Source: Turneriella sp. (lineage in GTDB: Bacteria > Spirochaetota > Leptospiria > Turneriellales > Turneriellaceae). Taken from it: a stretch of 64,000 bases of DNA. The stretch is from the NCBI GenBank assembly GCA_965279515.1, contig CBDIID010000003.1:2432001-2496000 (forward strand), written 5' to 3'. The notes under the pieces were generated by a model. That model was not told the origin of the DNA. It did not search any database and was given only the letters and a program-made list of their open reading frames with translations. Within the stretch, counting starts at the first letter, position 1; the number at the start of each line of letters is the position of its first letter. This document shows positions 29,601 to 35,796 of this stretch, one piece after another. A program made the position numbers and the translations under genes.

Positions 29601-32031
29601 GCCACTGGTCAAACGCGGTAATGAGACCGTTTAAATCTGTACCGACATTCACCGCGCCAGCTCCGATAACAGTACCCAACGCGTTCTTTTCGGTAACAAT
29701 CTGCCCTTCGCGGGTGTAGATGGTATTGAGATCAATGCCGCGCGCCGCGAGCAGGGTATTGAATTCCGTATCGCGTGTTGCCGCATTGGTTTTAACCAGT
29801 GGATTTAAGGCGATATCGCCCTTCAATATCTTGTACTTGATTTCGGCAAGGTCGGTATAGACTTTCTGGATGTCCGCAGATTCTTTCGTGACCTGCGCGA
29901 GTTCAAGACCCGCACCCGAAGCATTCGCTACGCGCGCGTAGTTATAGACCGCTTCAGACGTCGCAAGTTGCTGAGCGAGAAAATTGCGGCGATTCCGTAG
30001 GAGCTCCCACTCATATTCGGCCTGTGTCATGAGGTAGGGATCGTTATCGTTACCCGTCAGATAGTTGCCGCCATAGGGCGTATTGAAGTAGGCCGTGACG
30101 CGGTTAAAAAGCGACTGGTCAACGTTCATGCCCTGCGTGAGCAGGGTCTGCACCTGCGTCTGCAGCGCTGCTTTTTTCGACGCTTCATCGGGGTAGGTTG
30201 CGTTGTCGTTATTAATCGTATTCCAGAGCGCGAGGATATCCGCCTTAACATTGGCGTGTTCATCGCTGTAGGCATTTACTTTCGCAGTGACGTCGGCAAA
30301 GGCATAGGTGCCACTGAACCAGCTTCCTAAATCGGCACCAAGATACTGGCTCGAGACGGCATAGGTATCGGCTCTCTGGATTTCACGCCGGAGATCGCGG
30401 TCATACAGAACATAGGCTTCGGTAAAGGTATCGAGTTTCGCCTGCAACGCGGTCTTGAAGCCCGATGCTCCCAAAGCCTGGATTTCAGAGGGCACAGTGC
30501 CAGCAAAAACACGTCTGTCTACGAGGTAACCGCTGTCGGCATTCTGTGAAAGCATCGTGCTCTGCATTTCGGTGCGCACATTGGCAAGCAGGGTATTAAA
30601 TGTGCCGAGCGCGGAGTTAAAATAGCCGATCTGCTGAGTATAAAAGTCCCTGATTTCCTGTTGTGATGTATCAGGCAAGACAGAGCTGTAGAAAGCAACA
30701 GCATCCTGCGCCTGTGACAGGGCAGAGCCGCCCGTGGTCACCATGTCTATGAGCTTATCGTTATAACCGTTCCAGCGGTCGTTTTCCGTGACCAGAAGGC
30801 GTTGAAATTCCGCATCGGCTCTTTGCCGTTCGTCAGCAAACTGCACATACTTCTGATCCCAGAGGGTGCGGCCTTGCTGAATCTGTGTCCTGACGTCTGT
30901 CATCCATTTCTCTTTCTCTGCGCGTATACGTTCGTACTGCGCCTTCCAGATGTCGCCGCCGTCTTTTAAGAGCTTCTTTTCCTTGTTCGCCCATTCGATG
31001 CGCTTCTCCATCAGGTCTTCTTCGGCGACCTCCCACGATTTTAGCCCTTGACTTACAATCGCCTCAACCTGACGTTGCCAGTCTGTGCCGAGATTGTTCA
31101 TGTCGGCAGATTGCTGGCCTAAAGCGGCGTTCACCGCTTGCTGCAAGGCCTGGGTCGTCATGCCAGTGACACTGTCCCAGGTTTGCTTTAAGAGTTGGTC
31201 GGTGATATACGCTGCGGATTCTTTCTCTGAATCCGATTTAGCACTGCCCAGGTCTGAGCGTTTCTCTGCGATATACTGATTACGTGCGCGGCGCAGGTAA
31301 TAGTTCTGCTTAAGTTCATACTCCGACTTAATCGATGCTTCCACCTTGGCGAGTTCTGCATCGAATGCAGTTCGCTCGGCACCCGAAAGCGCGAGATTTG
31401 CTGATGCAATACGGTTGACCTCTGCGGTCAAAAGAGATTGAAACTGCGTTTCTACCGCTGCATTGTCGCCCTGAACCGTTGCATCCCAGAGTGCAAGGTT
31501 AAGATCGGTGCCCAAAACCGCCGTACGTGCTTTGGTAATAATCTGCCGGTACTTTTCTTCGTCGACTTCGGCAACGAAAGCGTTGCCAACAATAGCCTTC
31601 CACTTGCCCCGCTCCGAGACAACCCTGTCTGCGGCCGCGGAAAGCCAGTCGAGCTTTGCCTGATCGAACACTGCCTGTGCGGCATTCTTCTGCACTAACT
31701 TCTGCGCGTCATCGAGGCCCGTCGTTTCATCGACCGTCTTTTTCTCTGCGTCCAGAACAGAACGCGCTTCGGATTCCCACTGTGCTTCTGAGACGCCTAA
31801 CCCCTGATCGACAAAATTCTGCCAAGTAGCTTCCGTCGACAGCGTCTTGCCGCGGTCGAAGTAATTTTCCATTTGTGTTTTACCGCGCTCGTCGAAGGTC
31901 TTATATTGTGGCGCGGCGGCGAGAGCCGTCGTAAAAGGCAGTATCGCAAATAGATATATAAAGACAAAATTCAACAGGAAAGAAGTAAACCGAAAAAAGC
32001 TCTGACCGTTTTGACTACCATGTGAGAACAT
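17659..32031 (-). CDS. Giant (4790 aa) secreted coiled-coil protein, putative polymorphic toxin with C-terminal papain/C39-like domain (resembles the Leptospira 'longest'/TIGR04388-type architecture)
   Basis: Uninterrupted 14.4-kb ORF. Sec-type signal (…LPFTTALA/AAP), Trp-periodic coiled coils, long hydrophobic segment at about aa 3286-3358, Gly/Ala-rich region, and C-terminal Q..C...GH..IVG...V.D motif. Confidence 0.8.
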   Translation of the reverse strand: MFSHGSQNGQSFFRFTSFLLNFVFIYLFAILPFTTALAAAPQYKTFDERGKTQMENYFDRGKTLSTEATWQNFVDQGLGVSEAQWESEARSVLDAEKKTVDETTGLDDAQKLVQKNAAQAVFDQAKLDWLSAAADRVVSERGKWKAIVGNAFVAEVDEEKYRQIITKARTAVLGTDLNLALWDATVQGDNAAVETQFQSLLTAEVNRIASANLALSGAERTAFDAELAKVEASIKSEYELKQNYYLRRARNQYIAEKRSDLGSAKSDSEKESAAYITDQLLKQTWDSVTGMTTQALQQAVNAALGQQSADMNNLGTDWQRQVEAIVSQGLKSWEVAEEDLMEKRIEWANKEKKLLKDGGDIWKAQYERIRAEKEKWMTDVRTQIQQGRTLWDQKYVQFADERQRADAEFQRLLVTENDRWNGYNDKLIDMVTTGGSALSQAQDAVAFYSSVLPDTSQQEIRDFYTQQIGYFNSALGTFNTLLANVRTEMQSTMLSQNADSGYLVDRRVFAGTVPSEIQALGASGFKTALQAKLDTFTEAYVLYDRDLRREIQRADTYAVSSQYLGADLGSWFSGTYAFADVTAKVNAYSDEHANVKADILALWNTINNDNATYPDEASKKAALQTQVQTLLTQGMNVDQSLFNRVTAYFNTPYGGNYLTGNDNDPYLMTQAEYEWELLRNRRNFLAQQLATSEAVYNYARVANASGAGLELAQVTKESADIQKVYTDLAEIKYKILKGDIALNPLVKTNAATRDTEFNTLLAARGIDLNTIYTREGQIVTEKNALGTVIGAGAVNVGTDLNGLITAFDQWRGTNPATPSGTANNVHYLQQFSDKLIQLKNEWTVGLTGDALLEKQQRWTQLKAAANALNQSLTDLQGNYRFSELAAIIADVKGAMVPGNPLLMNLTELGAQLQADKSLIEAQAVVVAGAKAAYDLQQDIYRQTKKNFDVIALPNSQAIIATEISNMGQQLAAVTNRMVLVNGVTEMKDVVSASELDYYRLLRERTEAQKDLGFTTKVLQSIENLKVARTQTAELDTMLTAGFAGKDIATIAADFKAKENDFLKRTGPVVNWSQTIDLFDGIETRKNAYVLAQTALQTAIGGGNAATIAQKEKELLIATEALRQNIDGFIVSLRMEKKINSEALDYLLDTQSNLGGQTAILNATTLQKEVGDAVTRTNAQYERLNEAAVNHLQGLVSAVITGNNQAVSNSETLLKTVDDQIAQILGGNQRNNAGNAWVNGSSYDFGLFEGKTDTSFNVTLEKLWIVRSYLTDANVKARIDNLSSIPPPGGQTIEQKWQKFLEEVQFYQQKNQIFSDVTSQAPQSATDAWVTNFNSTRGALRNQLTTILGAPNATAAQAALTSYLNSLTPQQADDTRFIIQSYIGHYVNEGSTVNLVADLTNARNGMTQELQKLNLNYGAIWAKEQYLSKDREARTYETQLAAKIGQIQTKAVAIQGIDGDIATLTALALTVSGGELTAINNEITQKTNEKTALQNDIDQLNIDAGALRTTIDPLRAYASELISRGSSLVMAPFVQNSLWQYRIEEEGYRRLNSEWSAVKDASYRAEQAAAEQGLADTIKQVIGFYQKDAYGNIRRDVSGQPLVDTAFLTANNLPGTTPASADISVLLGGNQSGSSLENWVAVLTQYVDRAQAERKTVPDNLKQAISGLESSLIEYLSAQAYIANRQTAVATINTNTDNTRTLETERLKNIAKVLAFYQNINNAMSNYDTANGTSPLGAYSAFVAELSKTQNKDLLNLFSVTAVGPDAAVHDSLTELFALSGQLKEVREQLYSAKIQKQFLEARQAAYAQNKVLSVSEFIAGVDVLKTAAIQTSITNITADANFVAGVTAYLTGSSASELYLSKLWDIVTANPVVGDPVTHAGSLKSMLLNALQGDAFTTQVKSELNALSPRDLYQAAGSAGASIDAFIAQQAVRADSFRTALDAYLNSIPGATTTATAIGLVNTWMANTANVPEMQQDYAAEIKYLMQGLNAGMPLGQFRTELTNFTALLANPSATEQQKFTDLARQSELTAALNRYHYASNFTAADYPVEVRNFILLRGYNDLNAAYQEFLRLKNSTIADEQNRASLNLSGHPQEMQRHFYLNDFYSFLDEGGAAGSGQALQDYLAGGGAKDTNGFIAQYLLSRKIDASVTGSDLLNEFRNIILHARHSALGTDLNPGLANQVDVNTEAKEFRTRILMAKFDDYLQTNNPAAGMNAAAFKTFFDTFLNDNTYRISGVELKDQLSGNIELVDFRNKAFAYYGLNNNGGGNLSVYMPSLYSGVMSAATFASDARVNADTLLPAALTAIANYKTTGQGYTNSLSDALKTVYLKQKLSENLALDAGMMTNAQIAQMISTSGYTISAAVEATLNTYFNDIALATKVAAGSAGQPPSPSQALFNLRLTATVENVFSADPVAKEGFIANRANLSALENASYSALEGASARVRDLAQNNEAGFMLAAWMTVLGLSLAGNAAANTFYNGLNPQNKTAFDDYALSLGTKLSAENRKFMGDYLTELTTYVSLPVSVSGILFKGDLSKSETTVRAAAEHLSTPALRAAATQNFNEFYKAFAQYMQGSGTGVTLGATTITAADFAKMAAELNTQEKGFFEAEQSRLTQFFNTIQETTAQRNKVARLMSDASLTNATFATDVSYEIKVAEALAQANLTAVTDAIGQKLKNNQAVTTGRQRVFGRNYAVADNLKRFAALRGDTANLANGGSLFLDYRSFVKSVADKQRVLFPNETPATLPAYLQGKTLKQNVLNGGAGYAGAALEAMFAAGTYGAQLVSDAAPVLPADQVSWTVGPDTFNANLQSINKVNTDANPDLTVAFSEHLANNYLTAVSGMNRALASIFAMAETTDAASANNGRAQVVAGLLGAITTFKGGGSIDDLKNAVTAVKDSRNTQLLDDNATTGLSENVVLGKQKAIEQNTAAVRDSRQKLAEAAHRDVLLGSNARGFLNQQFNQVYADLNAAEAAYNTQIAAQTALKNTYVQHFTYYTDALNTMSGAFKNFQVENSDYEKKAAVKDFATTAYLFASSTQASSANEADAYQMYLSAKQRYDQTQAQLTAKADEVRTQDTLTQLSDLITKIDQGLPLTAQETAMRATYQNFIDARKEYVLESERMIRVKKAQEILNAEIEKRKAIAALKLAAYNEAKDNLIKPTDPNNKPQVYNRDKSIATLMAIKASGGNGALMDVLSGMFYTEGAYESGGNIFIAGTTENGMNEAAVHNDRNQKLAAYNGLNPADKALLDQFRAYAAAGQLNSGDYGAFKAANASMIQEWEKREEKRHFMNWTIGVMTPVIAAGGVFLAIAKGMYATAAALAASLFGGAFAGPFLAAGAFNTKVGFGLIIPATIAITVAVMQYNDQDNTWQNKINGLNFQRDQISNKLGVIKQKEEEYLIAQAAVDYFTKAPSQQVLKDRLVQWGGQNAKYALSDSDLRYVRDTKQNYIDSTGVTYTAGAHCPPTGSCTNDAARASNITALTETPEFATAAGDLYDPSQTTTQNLESTMQGGFYWLNGDKYIKIKKMSHNGTMTDTYAKYITAPIAAGGVWDTYDLGRVMNLTSNHTDSLRANLKQSYLTAGGAHEQTLMLNEREKTMWSLWDYADNQGKQFKGFQVLAGDYQENSTNVFQVQQQQNASLVTQQWDLRRAELDAARARWENLATTIESRGTESFNASEQKFLKAWRQWEIDTNRKIEAGKKQWDDKIRTFMAEKQNWQQEIKTAAMEQSLDKMLAATGSSLNERLRVLAANANIQTEIPEINVTDLVAQAMNDFESTRPSSEKIFSQINKSINAFNVTLELGNATHFKGFNNGNLEENFTQNMAEFSKKMAILNNVKLYENFKKMIESFKESLRKNDEKVAIALTAQAVSSGYTQQGGTYTKDEGMWGDYEFVAYRNANIEGMMERAMTEAGMTRLSSDDMVKFLETGRDTDVKLFFEVQTMALEQAFKIVGGDGSKKGLYGDYVGDIAQWKGPGGDLLSEGSGELGGWANGSKWNKLTYRGLHEEETRLADKKQVVYTTMNVASAVTGALTGNMWVSLAMASANTVVQTGAAFASGNNGWGQLGMGLIQGAGAFAGSFLGGLNYFGETSNLAKVGNAVVGAAAQQTTSYLMSGFQMQSDGSVGYSGPSRGAGFSALVQGGFSMLGAGINAKYGLGGGTAGSTVSTTFNALGSGFQFNDDGSMKAYNWEKAGTSFAANMASTVASGYAGNMSKSDLVGTQVGRLANTITASLLGDKNAWNAYGPEGIFNTLGTYAGGEMAKMVNNRGADRNSLPANQQPFRELIGGGAIIAARREEGKDNDVLGGILDGFKAIGSAVGDTGSAIGRGASSAWNSTKNFFSDLGTGISNTFQKTVNFVSGSGFNTNAQVEAMKIAALSGSTGNKVDYGALAQGNTEYAKKVGGTREHAYVATKLGGTLSNIDGGLVVMFPDGTWKDIGETDLIVANHELYGKEVKLTNVMFGEAAAAQAQMMQKRAELVKAAYHAKDRPTAQKMIESMNLSDKEKAQLNQTLDTLYSDWHSGKMTTAQQTQLQAEGRASLAAWQGEAQRAAAEANRPNIFQRAWNSIFGSSTPRVVDGLATGANGFTPEYFNQFNLTPSSAGAEACNLNGARTNLASAMGRNITLPEAYGLGTANGSINPSDGYLSNYDLFADALGSDLRWQGRETNSAGQTWEFRSVADNPDHWRQLVQNELAEGRYPMIRVSGHTMNIVGNETINGQQYFKVWDQVSNDQNGGWTHLDASTVISTPMPGGSHGSEDRGWQLYHRNSTGTLENRVPTSPNRKNVVWGLGYYGR

Positions 32032-32210
32032 CGACGCCCCCTGCTCTTATTATAGACCGGGCAGGGTGAAATCTGGCCAACTCTTTGTCAGCAAGAAAAC
32101 GAAAACGTCTATATAGGCCAGCGAACTAAGTCACATATATTATTCTTACAAAATACATGCAATTTTTGAATATTGACTCCCAGTTGAAGATCGTATGAGA
32201 CATAATTCCT

Positions 32211-32834
32211 TTAATGAATAATTTCCATCTTGTCCTTTTGCATCATCTCCTGAATAGCCTTTATCTTTTTTTCTTCAAATTCCTTCTCCGTTACAATTTG
32301 AATCTTTTTCCCAATTTGAACCTTAATGTCGTCCATAGAAAGCTTTTCCTTTTCAAAGGCTATCCGATTCTTTTCATAAAACTTTTCAATGGCCTTATTT
32401 CCAGAGAATCTGACCTTGTTTGCTGCAAGAATCCGGGGATAATCCTGCTTCTTGTAGTGATAATACTCTTCTAAAACCTTTTCCATGCGTGGCCAAATAT
32501 ACGCTTCCGCATCCGCATCCTTATAAATGCCCTCTTCATAGCCCCGCCGGATAATTTCACGCCGCAGGAGCTCCCGACGAAATACTTCTTCCCGGAGTGA
32601 GGCAGGCATGTCCTGAACATCGCTAAACGTATAGACGCGCCCATCCACATTATGATAGGCAAAGCTCTTTCGCGAAATTGCCGCCTTGCCGAAAGCGCCC
32701 AATTTGCCGTCTCCGCCCAATTTGGCCTGCTCCTTGACGTTTTTTCCCGCCATCTGATCGATCGGGGAACCGCAGCCGACAAAGCATGAGACAAAGAATA
32801 CAAGAAGCTGAACATATCTGCTATTCTGTTTCAT
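32211..32834 (-). CDS. Lipoprotein with SurA/PrsA N-terminal-like helical chaperone domain
   Basis: Lipobox FVGC; RELLRREIIRRGYEEGIYKDADAEAY...VLEEYY resembles foldase N-domains; no PPIase motif seen. Confidence 0.55.
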   Translation of the reverse strand: MKQNSRYVQLLVFFVSCFVGCGSPIDQMAGKNVKEQAKLGGDGKLGAFGKAAISRKSFAYHNVDGRVYTFSDVQDMPASLREEVFRRELLRREIIRRGYEEGIYKDADAEAYIWPRMEKVLEEYYHYKKQDYPRILAANKVRFSGNKAIEKFYEKNRIAFEKEKLSMDDIKVQIGKKIQIVTEKEFEEKKIKAIQEMMQKDKMEIIH

Positions 32835-32840
32835 ATTTCC

Positions 32841-33611
32841 TCAATAGCCAAAATCGGTATTTGAACTGACGGAGACTTTAGACACATTGCGTAACCGCTG
32901 GAGCATCAGATTGCGTTGATTCTGAAGCTCTTGCGTAACGTTATTGCGCAGCATTTCATTTAGTGTGAAGCGGATGCTCTTCAATGCCGTATCCTTGTCG
33001 ATTTTTTTATCCGTGTACGCTTTTGCGTTTTTGATGTAGAATTGCATTACCTCTGCATCCGAAACCGAGGTTTTTATTTTTGCCCCGCTCTCTTTCAGTA
33101 GTTTCTGGAAATAGTAATCCGCCAGAGTTTTTCGAACAGATAACGAAAGCAGGTGCACTGCCGCGGGGTCACTAAGGATATTTTCCCGGAGAGCCTGATT
33201 TACGAGAATATCGATATTCAGGGATTCGCGCAGATAAAACTGTTTATCCTGGCTTTTCGGGTCGTTGGAGAAAATCCCCTGATTTTGCAATGTATCATAG
33301 AGCCTGTTCAGGTATGCCTTCGAATACTTAACATTGCCGATTTCGTAGTAAAAATCGGCAGCAGTCGCAGCACGCTTCTGGGCATCAAAGAAATGCTCCA
33401 GCAGCTTCTTCTCCTCTGGGCTATACAAAAATATGTAAAGATAGGGCGGGAGCATAATGAAGATAATGATGATTGCAAAAAAGCCCTGACTTATCCCTAC
33501 GAATTTTCGGAATTTAGATGCTGGCCTCGGCGGCTCTTCGCGGATAAAATCTTCGTCAGTCGGAGTATACTCTCCCTGCCCTGTGGTATTGCTGTTACTG
33601 CTATTGCTCAT
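32841..33611 (-). CDS. Membrane-anchored protein with SurA/PrsA N-terminal-like domain
   Basis: One TM helix; ESLNIDILVNQALRENILSDP...LADYY...VSDAEVMQFYIKN...LQRLRNVSKV matches the foldase N/C helical domain pattern. Confidence 0.6.
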   Translation of the reverse strand: MSNSSNSNTTGQGEYTPTDEDFIREEPPRPASKFRKFVGISQGFFAIIIIFIMLPPYLYIFLYSPEEKKLLEHFFDAQKRAATAADFYYEIGNVKYSKAYLNRLYDTLQNQGIFSNDPKSQDKQFYLRESLNIDILVNQALRENILSDPAAVHLLSLSVRKTLADYYFQKLLKESGAKIKTSVSDAEVMQFYIKNAKAYTDKKIDKDTALKSIRFTLNEMLRNNVTQELQNQRNLMLQRLRNVSKVSVSSNTDFGY

Positions 33612-33652
33612 GAAATAGGCTCCTTTTTGGTAGAGAACAAACTATTTATCCA

Positions 33653-33679
33653 TTATCGACCGGCATTGTTGAAATTTCA
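33653..33679 (-). promoter_or_regulatory. Sigma-28 (FliA)-like promoter
   Basis: TGAAATTT-N11-GTCGATAA versus consensus TAAAGTTT-N11-GCCGATAA; about 40 nt upstream of the ATG at 33611. Confidence 0.5.
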
Positions 33680-33765
33680 AGTGGTATTCAAATTTGATTG
33701 ACTCGCCGATTTGCTCTGGATGACTTGCCTTTGTAGCTGAAAAAGCCTTTCCTTTAAGTACAGGT

Positions 33766-34638
33766 ATGCCCATGCAATTGATTAGATTTCTCTCCTTATC
33801 CGTGATAACCTCTGTTATGCTCGATGCTCAGGAAAAGAAGCCAGAAAAAAAGGCAGGAAAAGAAGGCGAGGGGTACGACTTCTTTCAGGAAGACGCGCTC
33901 AAAACGATGGAAAACGAGCTCGATACTTATGAAAAATCCCATGAAGACACCAAGGCCATCAAAGGAATGTTTATTCAGCGGAATTTTGACGAAAAGGAGA
34001 AAGATTCCGGCAAGAGAAAAGCACCTCCATTCTATCGAAATATTCTTGTTCGCAAAAAAGTAAAACTCCACCTCTCTGGTGGGGAAGTCATTCAGGGCGA
34101 AACCCCATTCAACGGGGATAAAATTACGATAATTTCTGAAAAAGACGGTAACAAGACAATCCATGAATTCCCTCGCTCTGAAATTACAACTCTTGAATTC
34201 TCCAAGTGGCAACCCTTCCGGGAAGCCACAGAACCGCTTCAGAACCTCGATTTTAAGGTTAAAAAGTATTATTACCTGCCTTCGGCGGCCAAACTCATTC
34301 TCGCGAGCGGGGCAAAAATCGAAGGGCAAATCGATCCGTTTGAAGTCTTGACCTTTCATATTCAAAGCGATACCGCCAAGTCGGCTTATGCAGCATATTT
34401 TTCGGACACCATGATTCCGACCAAAGATGCTAAAGACATCGCAGAATACCTGAAGGATAAGAATAAGCACAAAGCTGAGCTTGAATCCCTCGATTATAAG
34501 TGGCTGGTGGCAAATACCGCCGATAAGAAATACTACGAAAAAAATATGCCGAAACGGACGATTAAGAAGATAGAATTCATAGCGACCGTCGAGACTACCG
34601 GAAAAAATGAACCGCCCAAACCTTCACCGACCGAATAA
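33766..34638 (+). CDS. Hypothetical exported protein
   Basis: Signal-like N-terminus, charged body; first gene of a 3-gene overlapping operon. Confidence 0.7.
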   Translation: MPMQLIRFLSLSVITSVMLDAQEKKPEKKAGKEGEGYDFFQEDALKTMENELDTYEKSHEDTKAIKGMFIQRNFDEKEKDSGKRKAPPFYRNILVRKKVKLHLSGGEVIQGETPFNGDKITIISEKDGNKTIHEFPRSEITTLEFSKWQPFREATEPLQNLDFKVKKYYYLPSAAKLILASGAKIEGQIDPFEVLTFHIQSDTAKSAYAAYFSDTMIPTKDAKDIAEYLKDKNKHKAELESLDYKWLVANTADKKYYEKNMPKRTIKKIEFIATVETTGKNEPPKPSPTE

Positions 34639-35254
34639 CCTGAAACCTGCTTTATTCTTAGCGATAGCTTTTGTCAACCTCGCCCATGCGTGCAAGACTG
34701 AGGAGATTAAAGTGGTAAAGGTAAAAGAATCAGACCCTATTCCTTTGGCGACGGCGGCCGAAAATATGGTTTCGATCAGTACCGGAAGGGGTGTATTCTA
34801 CATTGATCGCTATGAGGCTTCTGAGCCGACACCAGGCGATTTTTTTTCCGTCCCAAACCAAACGCCAAAGACGAACGTAACGCAAGCTGAAGCGAAAACA
34901 ATCTGTGAGAGCCTCGGCAAACGGCTCTGCACTAGCCGCGAATGGGAGCTTGCATGCATCGGCGGTCATTTCTTGAAATACAGCTATGGCCATAAAAATA
35001 TTCCCGGCTTCTGCAACATCTCTGGCATACGCAATTCTCCTGCATACACAGGAGAATATACGAATTGTAAGTCGGATCTGGGGACCTTTGATCTGATCGG
35101 CAACGTCATGGAACTAACCGCAGACTTGTCGCCAGCGGGATTAGTCATTGCAAAGGGCGGTGACTACTCTACAAAAGAAGCGACGTGCTTTCAGGAATTT
35201 TTTGATCAACCTGTGGAAAAAAATGCAAAATTAGGATTTCGGTGCTGCAAATGA
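34607..35254 (+). CDS. Formylglycine-generating-enzyme (FGE-sulfatase/SUMF1) fold lipoprotein
   Basis: FYIDRYE, KRLCTSREWELAC, FDLIGNVME, KGG and GFRCC motifs; lipobox AHAC. Confidence 0.85.
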   Translation: MNRPNLHRPNNLKPALFLAIAFVNLAHACKTEEIKVVKVKESDPIPLATAAENMVSISTGRGVFYIDRYEASEPTPGDFFSVPNQTPKTNVTQAEAKTICESLGKRLCTSREWELACIGGHFLKYSYGHKNIPGFCNISGIRNSPAYTGEYTNCKSDLGTFDLIGNVMELTADLSPAGLVIAKGGDYSTKEATCFQEFFDQPVEKNAKLGFRCCK

Positions 35255-35796
35255 ATAAATATATCTTCTTTTTCGCTTCGTCATGCTTAATGTTAGAATG
35301 CAGTTCAGTAACTGTCACAAGTTATTACGACAAGAATACTTATAAAGACCCGGTTAAAGAAGTCGGCCTGGGATTTATCGAGGTCAGAAATCTCGATCTC
35401 AATACTTTTGTGAAAAAGAACCTTTACGATTCGATAAAATTCGAAATGGAAAAATTACGCTACCGCGTCAATGATCCCGAAACTATGAAAGCGGCTCGGA
35501 AGGCTTCAAATATAGAAAACGAAGAATTGCTCTCAGGAGCGGAAATATTTAGCCTGTCGAAAACCAGCAGTTTCGATCTTTACCTGCAAGGTTATGTGCA
35601 GGAGAACAAGGTCGGTGACGCTCTCTCCGAGGAACACCATTCTGTTATTGTCTTCTTTTTGTTTTCCCGCGATGGTAAAAAGGCGGGAGAAATACGGTAT
35701 TTCTCCAAAAAGAAAACTGTAGTTTCCGCCGAGAACCTTCAGGAAATGGCGCAAGGTGTAGTTCAGGAATTTCGCAAAACCGTACCGTCACTGTAA
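35251..35796 (+). CDS. Hypothetical lipoprotein
   Basis: ATGA overlap with the previous stop; signal ending MLEC; alpha/beta fold reminiscent of CsgG/LpoB-like lipoproteins. Confidence 0.65.
   Translation: MNKYIFFFASSCLMLECSSVTVTSYYDKNTYKDPVKEVGLGFIEVRNLDLNTFVKKNLYDSIKFEMEKLRYRVNDPETMKAARKASNIENEELLSGAEIFSLSKTSSFDLYLQGYVQENKVGDALSEEHHSVIVFFLFSRDGKKAGEIRYFSKKKTVVSAENLQEMAQGVVQEFRKTVPSL

Noticed and set aside
17659..32031. Giant gene as phage tape-measure protein or prophage
   Set aside because: It has a signal peptide and a peptidase-like tip with an immunity-like neighbour; no capsid, terminase, tail or integrase genes are in the island.
17659..32031. RTX/T1SS, Rhs or CdiA assignment
   Set aside because: No GGXGXD repeats, YD repeats/PxxxxDPxG or FHA repeats/VENN motif seen, and no ABC transporter or TpsB gene.
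33669..33697. Palindromes TTGAAATTTCAA and TCAAATTTGA in the divergent promoter region
   Set aside because: Short AT-rich palindromes can arise by chance; the first overlaps the sigma-28-like -35 box and no regulator gene is nearby.
33153..34470. Long antisense ORFs 33153-33701(+) and 33796-34470(-)
   Set aside because: Shadow frames of better-supported genes on the opposite strand.
34607..35254. FGE-fold lipoprotein as target of a diversity-generating retroelement (as for Treponema TvpA)
   Set aside because: No reverse transcriptase and no template-repeat copy of its 3' end seen in the window.
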